64,000 bases of DNA from Thermoplasmatota archaeon (GTDB taxonomy: Archaea > Thermoplasmatota > E2 > JACPAO01 > JAHFTW01), in contig JBBSVQ010000001.1 of NCBI GenBank assembly GCA_038046725.1, forward strand, positions 187,780 to 251,779, given 5' to 3'. Under the pieces are notes generated by a model. That model was not told the origin of the DNA. It did not search any database and was given only the letters and a program-made list of their open reading frames with translations. How positions within the stretch are numbered: position 1 is the first letter of the stretch; each line of letters opens with the position of its first letter. A program made the position numbers and the translations under genes. This document shows, piece after piece, positions 29,471-37,551 of the stretch.

Positions 29471-29649
29471 GCGGTTGTAGCCGTGTTGTAGCCACGGCCT
29501 AACGGACATACTAACGTACCCTGTCGTGGTTGTGAGTGCGGATGGCTACAACCCGGCTCCAACCGCTACACTGGTCCGCGGCCGATTGGGTCGTGTTGGG
29601 GGCAAGGACTAGCTAACCTCGCAGCAGGCTTGGGCGTAATGCCGTACAG
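29471..29649. repeat. Dispersed repeat, copy B: inverted left arm (29471-29494), 48-bp spacer, right-type arm (29542-29649)
   Basis: GCGGTTGTAGCCGTGTTGTAGCCA is a 22/24 reverse complement of 29543-29566. The right arm is collinear with copy A over 108 bp. Confidence 0.9.
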
Positions 29650-29735
29650 TTGAGCTCATTGGCGTCATTCCACCCGAAAAAGTCTGCTTTGCACAACCGA
29701 CCAGTTGACGCCCAAAGCCAGAACCCCCAAGTCGG

Positions 29736-30254
29736 CTAGGGTCCCCGCATGCCGTCCGCGCCTTCGACCAAACGGTCAATCATGCGGTCCATGATGCTGC
29801 TCTGATACGTGATCGCCAATCGCATGACCGCGTCGCCATCGATGACGCGATAGACGGCCTCGCGACCTTCGCGACTGGCTTCAATCAGGCCGGCTTCGAC
29901 GAGATGCTGGAGATGATAGTTGGCGGTGCTGGACGCCAAATCCAGCCCCGCGAGAATCGCAGCCTTGGATTGTTGGCCATGCTCGATGAGCCAAGCGAGG
30001 ATGCGGCGCGGGATGGTTTGGCGCAAGAATGCGACCCGACGCTTGTCTTCTGCGTCCATCCGGGCCGGGAAGAACCGCTTGTTCCCGTCTTGGACGACGG
30101 TGACCAAGTTCGCAGCGACCAGTTGTTCGAGATGGTACTCCAAGGTACCCATGGAGCCGAAGACGCGTTGGAGCTCGCGCAAGTATTGGCCGGGGTGGCG
30201 CAACAGGTGCTGGTAGAGGTCCCGTCGGGCCTCCAGCGCCAAAGCTTCGCGCAC
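29736..30254 (-). CDS. Double winged-HTH transcriptional regulator (HVO_0163-like)
   Basis: ALEARRDLY..L..HPGQYLRELQR...GTLEYHL, and a second wHTH (STANYHLQHLVEAGLI). Confidence 0.82.
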   Translation of the reverse strand: MREALALEARRDLYQHLLRHPGQYLRELQRVFGSMGTLEYHLEQLVAANLVTVVQDGNKRFFPARMDAEDKRRVAFLRQTIPRRILAWLIEHGQQSKAAILAGLDLASSTANYHLQHLVEAGLIEASREGREAVYRVIDGDAVMRLAITYQSSIMDRMIDRLVEGADGMRGP

Positions 30255-30255
30255 G

Positions 30256-30528
30256 TCAATCCCGCGTCATGCTCAGGAAGAACAGCAACAGGATCAGGCA
30301 GTCGGCGATGATTCCGATGGTCTCGAACAAGTCGTTTTGCTCTGGGAAGATGAGTTCGGTGCCGATGAAGAGGCTCTTCAGGAAGAACACGGCGAAGGCT
30401 GCCATGAAGAACATCAGCCTCTTCGTTCGGGCGCGCCGGTACGCCTGCGCCGAGAAGTAAAGCATCACGGCGGCAAACAGCGGGACGAGCAGACGGAAGA
30501 TGTCGTGCAGTTCGATGGGTTCAGCCAT
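30256..30528 (-). CDS. Small 3-TM membrane protein
   Basis: 90 aa, S..AYRR.R..RL.F...AF..FFLK...D..ILLLFF pattern. Confidence 0.75.
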   Translation of the reverse strand: MAEPIELHDIFRLLVPLFAAVMLYFSAQAYRRARTKRLMFFMAAFAVFFLKSLFIGTELIFPEQNDLFETIGIIADCLILLLFFLSMTRD

Positions 30529-30699
30529 GGGTCATCCGGGAGATGGTTTGGCACTTGAAAACCCGGTCGATGTCACAACCGGACAACAGCAGGGCGAGAG
30601 TTGAAGCAATGATGAGAGGGACTGGGCGCATGGTTGGGACTCCGGTTTCAAGGGCGGAATGGGGAATCGAAAGGGAAGAGGGGGGAAAATGGCGACGAA

Positions 30700-31026
30700 T
30701 TACTCGTCCTTGGCGTCGTCTTCGTCGTCCGAGGCGTCGTTTTCACCGCAGTCGCTGTCGTCCTTGTCGTCGGAGTCGTCAGCGTCTTGGTGTCCTGGCT
30801 CGTTGGGGTCGGCGTCAGGGCCCTGGTCGGGGCCGTCTTCGGCTCCTTCAGCGGTCTCGGCGGCGTCCCCGGACTCGTCAGCGTCCTGGTGGCCGGCTTC
30901 GTTCGGATCCGCATCGATGCAGGCCGTGCCGCTGTCGCCGGTTGTCTGGGCGAAGACGGCGTATCCGCCGCCAACGACCAAACCGACCAGCAACATCAGG
31001 GCCGGCCAAGTGGTTCGTAGATTCAT
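30700..31026 (-). CDS. Secreted highly acidic protein with two DADPNE[AP]GHQDAD repeats
   Basis: Signal peptide followed by a D/E-rich body with two Cys. Confidence 0.7.
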   Translation of the reverse strand: MNLRTTWPALMLLVGLVVGGGYAVFAQTTGDSGTACIDADPNEAGHQDADESGDAAETAEGAEDGPDQGPDADPNEPGHQDADDSDDKDDSDCGENDASDDEDDAKDE

Positions 31027-31167
31027 GGGGTCACATCCCCGGCATGCCGGGTTGAAGGGGAATCCGTGGCCGTTGTATACTCCGTTTTCAGGACAGGGTT
31101 CGCCGATTAGGACATGGGTCGCCGCGAGAGCCACCCCATGACTCCCCCGCAGGTTGTTGTTTGGCGC

Positions 31168-31419
31168 TTCTTGCCTTGCCGGTGTCCCGTGACCAGACCG
31201 TACTCCATGAGGCATGCAACGTCTTCGCTGACGTTCTTGGCGTCCCGCTTGAGGGCGGCGGTGAGTTGCTTGACGTTGGCTTCTCCGAGTTCCCGCAGGA
31301 CTTCCAAGATGTGCAGCCTGGTTCACGTCAGTTTGCTGAGGTCTGCCTCATCCAGGAGCAAGACGTCCTGCAGGTTGAACTCCAGCTTGAGTCGCTTCGG
31401 GTCTTCCTCGAAGAGCTTG
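31168..31419 (-). pseudogene. Partial duplicate of the HTH antitoxin gene at 36675-37109, with a TGG>TGA nonsense change
   Basis: KLFEEDPKRLKLEFNLQDVLLLDEADLSKLT*TRLHILEVLRELGE... is collinear with 36721-36972. The stop is at 31323-31325. Confidence 0.85.
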
Positions 31420-32086
31420 CAAGGCTGCCGTTGTCATCGGAGGCATGGTGGTCCATCGGGACCTCGGCGGACTCATGGTGCCCGGCGGCGCCCGCGCCCA
31501 GGCCCGGGAACACCTCGGCCGCGGCGAAACCGACGCCATACAAGGCCCCAGCCAAGGCCACGCCCAACAGGATGCTGACGACCATTCGCCCGACGGAAGG
31601 GCCGACTGCTCCCGTCCCTCGCGTGCTCAGGAGGGCACCTCCCAAGACAAGGGCCGTGACGAGCTCGGCGGCGTCCGTGATGAACCCGATGGCATCGATG
31701 CCTTCGGATTCACCGGTGAACGGGTTGCGGAAGCTTCGCGTCACCGCGTAGAGCGCGAGGGGGATGATGGCAAGGGCGATGCCGGATTCGCGGTACCAAC
31801 GGAAGGGCGTCCGCAAGGCCGCCACGGCCCACAAGGTCTGGGACGCGCCGATGGTCGCGAAGAACAGGCCGGTGCCCAGGGCCTCACTGAGATGCGACGG
31901 CGTCAGGACCAAGTGCAGGATGCCCGCCACGAGCTGGAACGCGATGGCAATCGTCAGCAGGACTGAAGGCCCCGTGGCGCGGGCGGTGGGTGCAGGGGCC
32001 GGCGGCTCCGGGGCAACCTTGGATGCGTCCAGGATGCGGCGCATGGAATCGGCCCGGGCCAGCGCTTTGTCAAGGTCGTCCGGCAA
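31328..32086 (-). CDS. Membrane protein with intramembrane His (HL.LTP.H..E) and a His-containing tail
   Basis: About 5 hydrophobic helices, TTG start with GGTGA SD. The last about 30 codons run out of frame into the HTH remnant. Confidence 0.7.
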   Translation of the reverse strand: MPDDLDKALARADSMRRILDASKVAPEPPAPAPTARATGPSVLLTIAIAFQLVAGILHLVLTPSHLSEALGTGLFFATIGASQTLWAVAALRTPFRWYRESGIALAIIPLALYAVTRSFRNPFTGESEGIDAIGFITDAAELVTALVLGGALLSTRGTGAVGPSVGRMVVSILLGVALAGALYGVGFAAAEVFPGLGAGAAGHHESAEVPMDHHASDDNGSLASSSRKTRSDSSWSSTCRTSCSWMRQTSAN

Positions 32087-32095
32087 GAGTCACCG

Positions 32096-32203
32096 TCAGT
32101 GCTTGTGGCCGTCGTCCGGGTGGTGCTTGTGAGCGTGCGCGTCCGCGGCCTTCTTGTCAGCGACTTTGGTCTTCTTGCCGAAGAGTTTGTCGAAAATGTC
32201 CAT
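32096..32203 (-). CDS. 35-aa His-rich peptide
   Basis: Manual translation MDIFDKLFGKKTKVADKKAADAHAHKHHPDDGHKH*. It fills the gap between two co-oriented genes and has a GGAG SD. Confidence 0.7.
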   Translation of the reverse strand: MDIFDKLFGKKTKVADKKAADAHAHKHHPDDGHKH

Positions 32204-32214
32204 GGTGTGACTCC

Positions 32215-33606
32215 CTAGACTTCAATGCCGACCATGGCCGGGATGAGGACGACGATCAAAGCGACGATGATGCCGACGCCGAAACCCAACCCGACTGGCA
32301 TGCGTTGCTCGCGGGCCCGCAGCTCCGGCAACAGTTCGGCCAGGGCGATGAAGATGAACGTGGCCGCAGCGAGGGCGACGAGGTGTCCCACCAGCTTCTC
32401 GCTGCCGACGAGGAAGATGCCGACCAGGCTGCCGACGGGCGTCAACGCGGCCATGATGGCGATGCCACCGAGGACCTTGCGGCGACGCCAGGCGGCGGCG
32501 AGGAAGACGCTGGCAGCTGCGATGCCATCGGGGAACTGGTGGATGAGCACGGCACTCGCCGCGGCGAAGCCGACCGCGCTGTCAAGCTCGAAGGCGGCCG
32601 GCAGGACGAGGCCGTCCACGAAGCGGTGGAAGCCGAGGGCGAAGAACGCGACCAAGGCCAAGCCGGCGGCATGGGTCGCGACGCGCTCGTGCCCGGCGGC
32701 GTCGTGCGCTTCCTCGTGGCCGTGCTCGTCCTCCGCGTCGTGCGCATCGTGCGGGTGGCCGGCATGGTCGTGGCCGTGGTCACCCGCGAAGTGACGCACC
32801 AGGAACAGGACGACTAGGCCGCCCACGATGGTGAACGGGGCAGCCTCATTGAGCTCGATGGCCTCCGGGATGAGGTCGAGGACCGCGATGGCCAGCAAGA
32901 GGCCCGCCGTGGCCCCGAGCAGGAAGTGGATGCGGCGCTGGGACACGGTCCGGCCGGCGATGGCCATGACGCCGGCCAGCAGCGTGATGGCGCCCGCCAA
33001 GACGGCGATGCCGAGGACCCAGGGCAGGCTGAGGCCGGACCCGGACGTCACGTCGCCGCCATCGTCGCCGCCAGGTCCGGGGGGCGCGGCAAGATTCGCT
33101 TGGATGGCGTGCAACCTGGTGGACGGCGAGCCGCACACGATGGAGACGGATTGCCCAAGCGGCGCAGGGCCCGTCTTGGTCAAGGTGACCGTGATCACGA
33201 CGGGGCCGGTCACGTTGTCCGCAGCCGGGACACTGAACGCCAGGGTGGCCGGGGAATCGACGGCCGTGCCGGCGCCGTACGCCTTGGAGGCCTGGGCCGG
33301 CGGCGCGGAGCCGATGGCCAGGGTCGCGGCCACGGTGAAACCCGTGCCCGGAGTGGCCCCTTGCGCGAAGGCGAGGCTGAGGAGCGCGGACTGCTCCGGC
33401 ACCGCGTACGTCCCGTTGAAGGGCGCGCCCTCGAACGTGCCCGTGACCGTGTTGGCTCCACCGGTCGCCAGGGTCAGGCAGTTGCTGGCCGAGCCAGGTT
33501 CAGCGGCCAGGCTTCCGTCGGCGCGCAGGTAGAGGTCTCCCGAACTGGCGGCGCTGGCCAGGGGCGCCAACAGCAGGAGCGCGAGCACGGCGGTTCGTCG
33601 GTTCAT
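32215..33606 (-). CDS. ZIP-family metal transporter with an N-terminal secreted ectodomain
   Basis: Signal peptide plus about 180-aa soluble domain, then AG.LL.....DLIPEA, a His-rich loop, HRFVDG, HQFPDG, FIFIALAELLPE. Confidence 0.85.
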   Translation of the reverse strand: MNRRTAVLALLLLAPLASAASSGDLYLRADGSLAAEPGSASNCLTLATGGANTVTGTFEGAPFNGTYAVPEQSALLSLAFAQGATPGTGFTVAATLAIGSAPPAQASKAYGAGTAVDSPATLAFSVPAADNVTGPVVITVTLTKTGPAPLGQSVSIVCGSPSTRLHAIQANLAAPPGPGGDDGGDVTSGSGLSLPWVLGIAVLAGAITLLAGVMAIAGRTVSQRRIHFLLGATAGLLLAIAVLDLIPEAIELNEAAPFTIVGGLVVLFLVRHFAGDHGHDHAGHPHDAHDAEDEHGHEEAHDAAGHERVATHAAGLALVAFFALGFHRFVDGLVLPAAFELDSAVGFAAASAVLIHQFPDGIAAASVFLAAAWRRRKVLGGIAIMAALTPVGSLVGIFLVGSEKLVGHLVALAAATFIFIALAELLPELRAREQRMPVGLGFGVGIIVALIVVLIPAMVGIEV

Positions 33607-33611
33607 GGGGT

Positions 33612-34643
33612 TCACGTCGCCGGCCAACCGCAGCTTGCGGAGTCGCATTGGCCACTTGGGTCTTCCACTTGCACGGTGACGTGCCGGATCTTGTATGTGT
33701 CGCGCAAGTGGCGAGCGATGTTGATGCTGAGGTTGTCGTTCTCGCGGGGTCCCTTGAGGTTGATGTGGACCGTCAAGGCGTCGAGGCCGGTGCCGATGTG
33801 CCAGATGTGCAGGTCGTGGATGTCCCGCACGTTGGGCATGCCGCGCAGGTCGCGGGCAACCGCATCCGCGTCGACGCTGTCGGGCGTTCCCTGCATGAGG
33901 ATGTGAAGGGTCTCCCGCGTGAGCTTCCACGTGAACAGGAGGATGAGGATGGTGATGAAGATCGTCAGGATGGGGTCGGCGACGTGCCAGCCCTTGTAGT
34001 AGATGAGGACACCAGCGACCAAGGCAGCGGCGGAGCCAAGCACGTCCGACAGGATGTGCACGTACGCGGCGCGGACGTTGATGTTGTGGCCGGAGCCGGC
34101 ATGCAGGACGAAGGCCAACCCGATGTTCGTGACCAGCGTGAGTGCGCCGATGGCCATCACGACCGGACCATGGACCTCGGGAGGGTTGCTGATGCGGACG
34201 TAGGCTTCCCAGAGGAAATAGACGGAGATGCCCCACAGCACGAGGGCGTTGACGAAGGCCGCGATGACCTCGGCGCGTTGGTGCCCATAGGTCCGGCGCT
34301 TGTCGGCGGGTTTCAGGGCCCAAGACACGGCGAGGAACGCCAGGAGGACGGCGCCGACATCTGTGGCGTAATGGCCCGCGTCTGCCAGAAGGACCAAGGA
34401 ATTGGCCGCGAGGCCGCCGGCGATCTCGGCGACCATGACGAGTGTGCCGGCGAAGGCGACGAAGAGGAGGCGCTTGCGGTTCTTGACTGCCATCTCCTTC
34501 AATTCGGAGCCGTGGTCGTGTCCATCGTGGCCATGTCCGCCGCTTCCATGGTCGTGGCCCGAATGGTCGTGTCCGTCGTGGTCGTCGTGGTGCCCATGGT
34601 CCTCCGCATGCCCTTTGGCAGACGGCTGGGCCCCGCCTGCCAT
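33612..34643 (-). CDS. Cation diffusion facilitator (CzcD-like) with a His-rich N-terminus
   Basis: SLVLLADAGH..TD, TYG..RAE, NVRAAYVHILSD.LGS, HDLHIW, HVTVQ. Confidence 0.93.
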   Translation of the reverse strand: MAGGAQPSAKGHAEDHGHHDDHDGHDHSGHDHGSGGHGHDGHDHGSELKEMAVKNRKRLLFVAFAGTLVMVAEIAGGLAANSLVLLADAGHYATDVGAVLLAFLAVSWALKPADKRRTYGHQRAEVIAAFVNALVLWGISVYFLWEAYVRISNPPEVHGPVVMAIGALTLVTNIGLAFVLHAGSGHNINVRAAYVHILSDVLGSAAALVAGVLIYYKGWHVADPILTIFITILILLFTWKLTRETLHILMQGTPDSVDADAVARDLRGMPNVRDIHDLHIWHIGTGLDALTVHINLKGPRENDNLSINIARHLRDTYKIRHVTVQVEDPSGQCDSASCGWPAT

Positions 34644-34787
34644 CGGGAGCCCCGAGGCGCTGCGCGGGTTTGGCCGGGGGTTGCTACCGACGGTCTCTTC
34701 CACGTCTTCTGTCCAAGGCGCACAGGATATCAGGTGGCTGCTAAGCGGGCCGCCTTCTTTTCATAAGCCCTAGAGGCCGCCGTGGAA

Positions 34788-35162
34788 TCAGATGGGCGCT
34801 GGCGTGACGCGGACGCCGTCGATCTTGGTCAGAGCGTCCAGCAACTCGTGGATGCGCGGGCCGTCGCCGTGCAGGATCAGCGAGTCGACGCAGGTCCCTT
34901 CCAAGTGGTGGTGGAGACTGGTGCTGACGAGGTCGTCGAACTCGTGGGCCACGCGGTTGACCTCCTCTTGGCTGCGGTCGGCCTCGTACACCAAGGTGAG
35001 CGCCATGTGGACGTGGCCCTCGAATTTCATCTGGTGCATCGCGATGAAGTGCTGCAAGGCCGCGCGAACGGCGCTGGAGCGGCTGCCGAAGGCGAAGTGC
35101 TCGACGAGCTTGTCGAATTGCTTGAGTTCCTTGCCGGACAGCGAGACGGAGATGACGGTCAT
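34788..35162 (-). CDS. NikR-family metal-responsive regulator
   Basis: ISVSL...L..FD.......SRS.AVR.A RHH domain, with H...SLHHHL...C metal ligands. Confidence 0.85.
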   Translation of the reverse strand: MTVISVSLSGKELKQFDKLVEHFAFGSRSSAVRAALQHFIAMHQMKFEGHVHMALTLVYEADRSQEEVNRVAHEFDDLVSTSLHHHLEGTCVDSLILHGDGPRIHELLDALTKIDGVRVTPAPI

Positions 35163-35221
35163 GGAGGTCGCGGGGCCGGCGTTTGCAGGGTCAAAGGAGT
35201 ACAGGGACTTGCCGGAGGCGG

Positions 35222-35638
35222 TCACCCCAACGGCTGGGGTGGGCCCTTGGCGAACCAGCGGGCGTAGTAGCGCTTCTTGCTCACCAGTTGCAGGATGCCC
35301 AGGATGACGATGGCGACGCCGATGCCGAGGTGGACGAGGACCGCGATTCCGGGCGGGAACAGGAAGTCGTGGATGGCGAGCAGGCTTCCGAGAAAGAAGG
35401 CGACGAAGCCAAAGACCAAAGGTGCCGAGCCTGACCGCCGGACCAAGGCCAACACTGCGACGACGATTCCGGCCACGGCCAGAATCGGTCCGCCGGCCCA
35501 TACGGCGATCTCCAGCGGATTGCTGACGGCGGCGAGGACGAAGGCGCCGAGCACGATGAGGACGACGCCGAAGCCGACCTCAATGGGCGCCATGGACCGG
35601 GTGGGCTTGGGCTGCTTGGAGCCTTTGGCGGTGGCCAT
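35222..35638 (-). CDS. Hypothetical 4-TM membrane protein
   Basis: Four hydrophobic helices with intramembrane His residues. Confidence 0.65.
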   Translation of the reverse strand: MATAKGSKQPKPTRSMAPIEVGFGVVLIVLGAFVLAAVSNPLEIAVWAGGPILAVAGIVVAVLALVRRSGSAPLVFGFVAFFLGSLLAIHDFLFPPGIAVLVHLGIGVAIVILGILQLVSKKRYYARWFAKGPPQPLG

Positions 35639-35677
35639 CTGCGTGCTTCGAACTCCAGGCAACGCTTGAAGTGTGTC

Positions 35678-35700
35678 CTAAGAACGGGCTCGGTTCTTAG
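35678..35700. promoter_or_regulatory. Palindromic operator candidate upstream of the metal module
   Basis: CTAAGAAC-N7-GTTCTTAG, 40-62 bp upstream of the ATG at 35638. Confidence 0.5.
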
Positions 35701-35812
35701 TAAGGTCAGCGGAACCCCGGGCTTCCAGGGCAAGGCAAGCCACCGCGGCGGCGAGGCCCACGATGGCCCAGAGCAGCGGACGCCAGTCCTTGCGGACATC
35801 TCGTGCTTGACG

Positions 35813-36460
35813 CTATTGGGATGGGCGCTCGTAGACGGCCACTTGCCAGAAGCCTGCGCGCTGGTGGTGCTGACGGATTAGTCCCGCCCGTTCGAGTTCC
35901 CCGTGGACCAGATTGTCAGGATGGATGCGCATGCGGAACGGGTTCCGGGTCACGACCAGGATGGAATTCATTCCGCGGGCCGCCAACCGAGTCCACCATC
36001 GGTCGCGCGGCCACACGAGACCCAAGCGGCCCTTCGCTCGCTCCGCGGCGCGGTGGAGCAACGCACTGGCGTCAGGATAGCAGCACACGACCCGGTCGAG
36101 CGTGACGAGGTCGGCGGACTCCACCTGGGAGGCCACGTCCACGAAATCGCCGTAGAGATACCGGGCCCGCTCCCCGTAGCCCCGGCGGTGTGCCTCCTTC
36201 TTGGCGACATCGAGGTAGGCTTGGCTGGCGTCGACGTCCGTGAGCCTCGTGGCCCCCCTTGTCGCGAGTTCGTGCTGCACGACGCCTACGCCGCCGCCAA
36301 TGTCGAGGACGGTTCTGGCAGCGAACCCTTCCGCGGTCACGGCGCCGACAAGTAGCCTCGTGGTCTTGATGGGGCCCCTCCGTTGGTAGCGCCGGAGTTC
36401 TCGGCGCGCCGTTCGCGAGGAGAAGATCTTCTCCGCGCCCTGACAGTGCGGGCAAACCAT
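35813..36460 (-). CDS. Class I SAM-dependent methyltransferase (BchM-like) with an N-terminal CxxC
   Basis: VLDIGGGVG, VDAS, GDF, LDRVVCCYPD. Confidence 0.85.
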   Translation of the reverse strand: MVCPHCQGAEKIFSSRTARRELRRYQRRGPIKTTRLLVGAVTAEGFAARTVLDIGGGVGVVQHELATRGATRLTDVDASQAYLDVAKKEAHRRGYGERARYLYGDFVDVASQVESADLVTLDRVVCCYPDASALLHRAAERAKGRLGLVWPRDRWWTRLAARGMNSILVVTRNPFRMRIHPDNLVHGELERAGLIRQHHQRAGFWQVAVYERPSQ

Positions 36461-36674
36461 CGAGCGACATACACCGAGGCAGAGACATGAACGCGTCGGA
36501 CGCCCTACGTTCGGTCGACGCTCCACGTGCTTCGCATATGGATGCCCGAGTTGCGAGACCAAGGGCGTGGTCGTCCGGGGGCGGTGAGTGGCCCTGCTGC
36601 TCGGCCCGCCGGCATCCCCAACGTAACGGCACCTGCAGGGAGGTTCGATTTCGGGCGACCCCAGGGGAATGGCC

Positions 36675-37109
36675 TCAGACTGAGATTACGATCTGGTTGC
36701 CGGCGAGCTGGACGAGCTTCTCTTTGCCGTCCCGATGGCCGGTCACCAATCCGTACTCCATGAGGCAAGCGACGTCTTCGCTGACGTTCTTGGCGTCCCG
36801 TTTCAGGGCGGCCGTGAGTTGCTTGACGTTGACTTCGCCCAACTCGCGCAGAACCTCCAAGACATGGAGCCGGGTCCACGTCAGTTTGCTGAGGTCTGCC
36901 TCGTCGAGGAGCAAGACGTCCTGAAGGTGGAAGTCGAGCTTGAGGCGCTTCGGATCCTCCTCGAAGAGCTTGAGGTTGAACAAAGCGTCCTTGGCTTCCA
37001 TGTCGCCCTTCTTGGCAAGCTTCGCCACGGCCTCGCGGCTGCCGTACTTCGCCAGGATCTCGGTTCGCATCTCGAGTCCGGTCATTTGCCGCTTGATTCG
37101 GATTTCCAT
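36675..37109 (-). CDS. HTH antitoxin-like protein (HVO_A0114/TumA-like)
   Basis: LT..RL.VL..L......VKQL...LKRD.KNVSEDV..L..YGLV motif. Confidence 0.8.
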   Translation of the reverse strand: MEIRIKRQMTGLEMRTEILAKYGSREAVAKLAKKGDMEAKDALFNLKLFEEDPKRLKLDFHLQDVLLLDEADLSKLTWTRLHVLEVLRELGEVNVKQLTAALKRDAKNVSEDVACLMEYGLVTGHRDGKEKLVQLAGNQIVISV

Positions 37110-37360
37110 GTCTTGACCTCCTGTTTCAATTTCTCCAAGTTGAATGAGTTGTGCTTCGCGCGGTAGCGTCGCATGATGGCATCCGCCTCCGCTGCAGACC
37201 CGACACTAACATTGGGGCCGGCTCCGGGGTCACTTGGATGGTGCAGATGCGTGCCATGGTGATGCGCGTGATTGTAGCGGCAGATGCGGTAGTCAAAAGA
37301 AGGATCGAGGACGGACCATTCGCCGCCCTCGTTCTCCTGCCGCCGCAGCCGCCACTTCAC
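37082..37360 (-). CDS. TumE/DUF6516-like toxin, possibly N-terminally truncated
   Basis: CRYNHAHHHGTHLH resembles the RYDNxH..G.HxH motif. It overlaps the HTH gene, with a GAGGT SD before the HTH start. Confidence 0.55.
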   Translation of the reverse strand: MKWRLRRQENEGGEWSVLDPSFDYRICRYNHAHHHGTHLHHPSDPGAGPNVSVGSAAEADAIMRRYRAKHNSFNLEKLKQEVKTWKSESSGK

Positions 37361-37433
37361 GATTGGTCGAATAGACCATGGGTTTTTGGGCTACTTAACG
37401 ATTGGTGTTAGACGCCAATTGATGCCGGAGCGG

Positions 37434-37468
37434 TGTTGTAGCCATCCGCTACCAGACCCCGCAGCAAG
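37434..37468 (+). repeat. Dispersed repeat, copy D (left-type arm)
   Basis: TGTTGTAGCCATCCGCTACCAGACCCCGCAGCAAG. Bases 37435-37449 are the exact reverse complement of 29538-29552. Confidence 0.8.
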
Positions 37469-37551
37469 TCTGCTGGACCGGCCAACGGTGGAGAGTCGGC
37501 GTCGCGGCTAGAGCCGTTCCAGGGCCTTGTAGTTGGTCTGGAAGCTGGCGG

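Noticed and set aside
29496..29655. GCCTAAC...GTTGAGC as a canonical attC site
   Set aside because: The span is about 160 bp, the two boxes are not complementary and no matching L boxes are evident.
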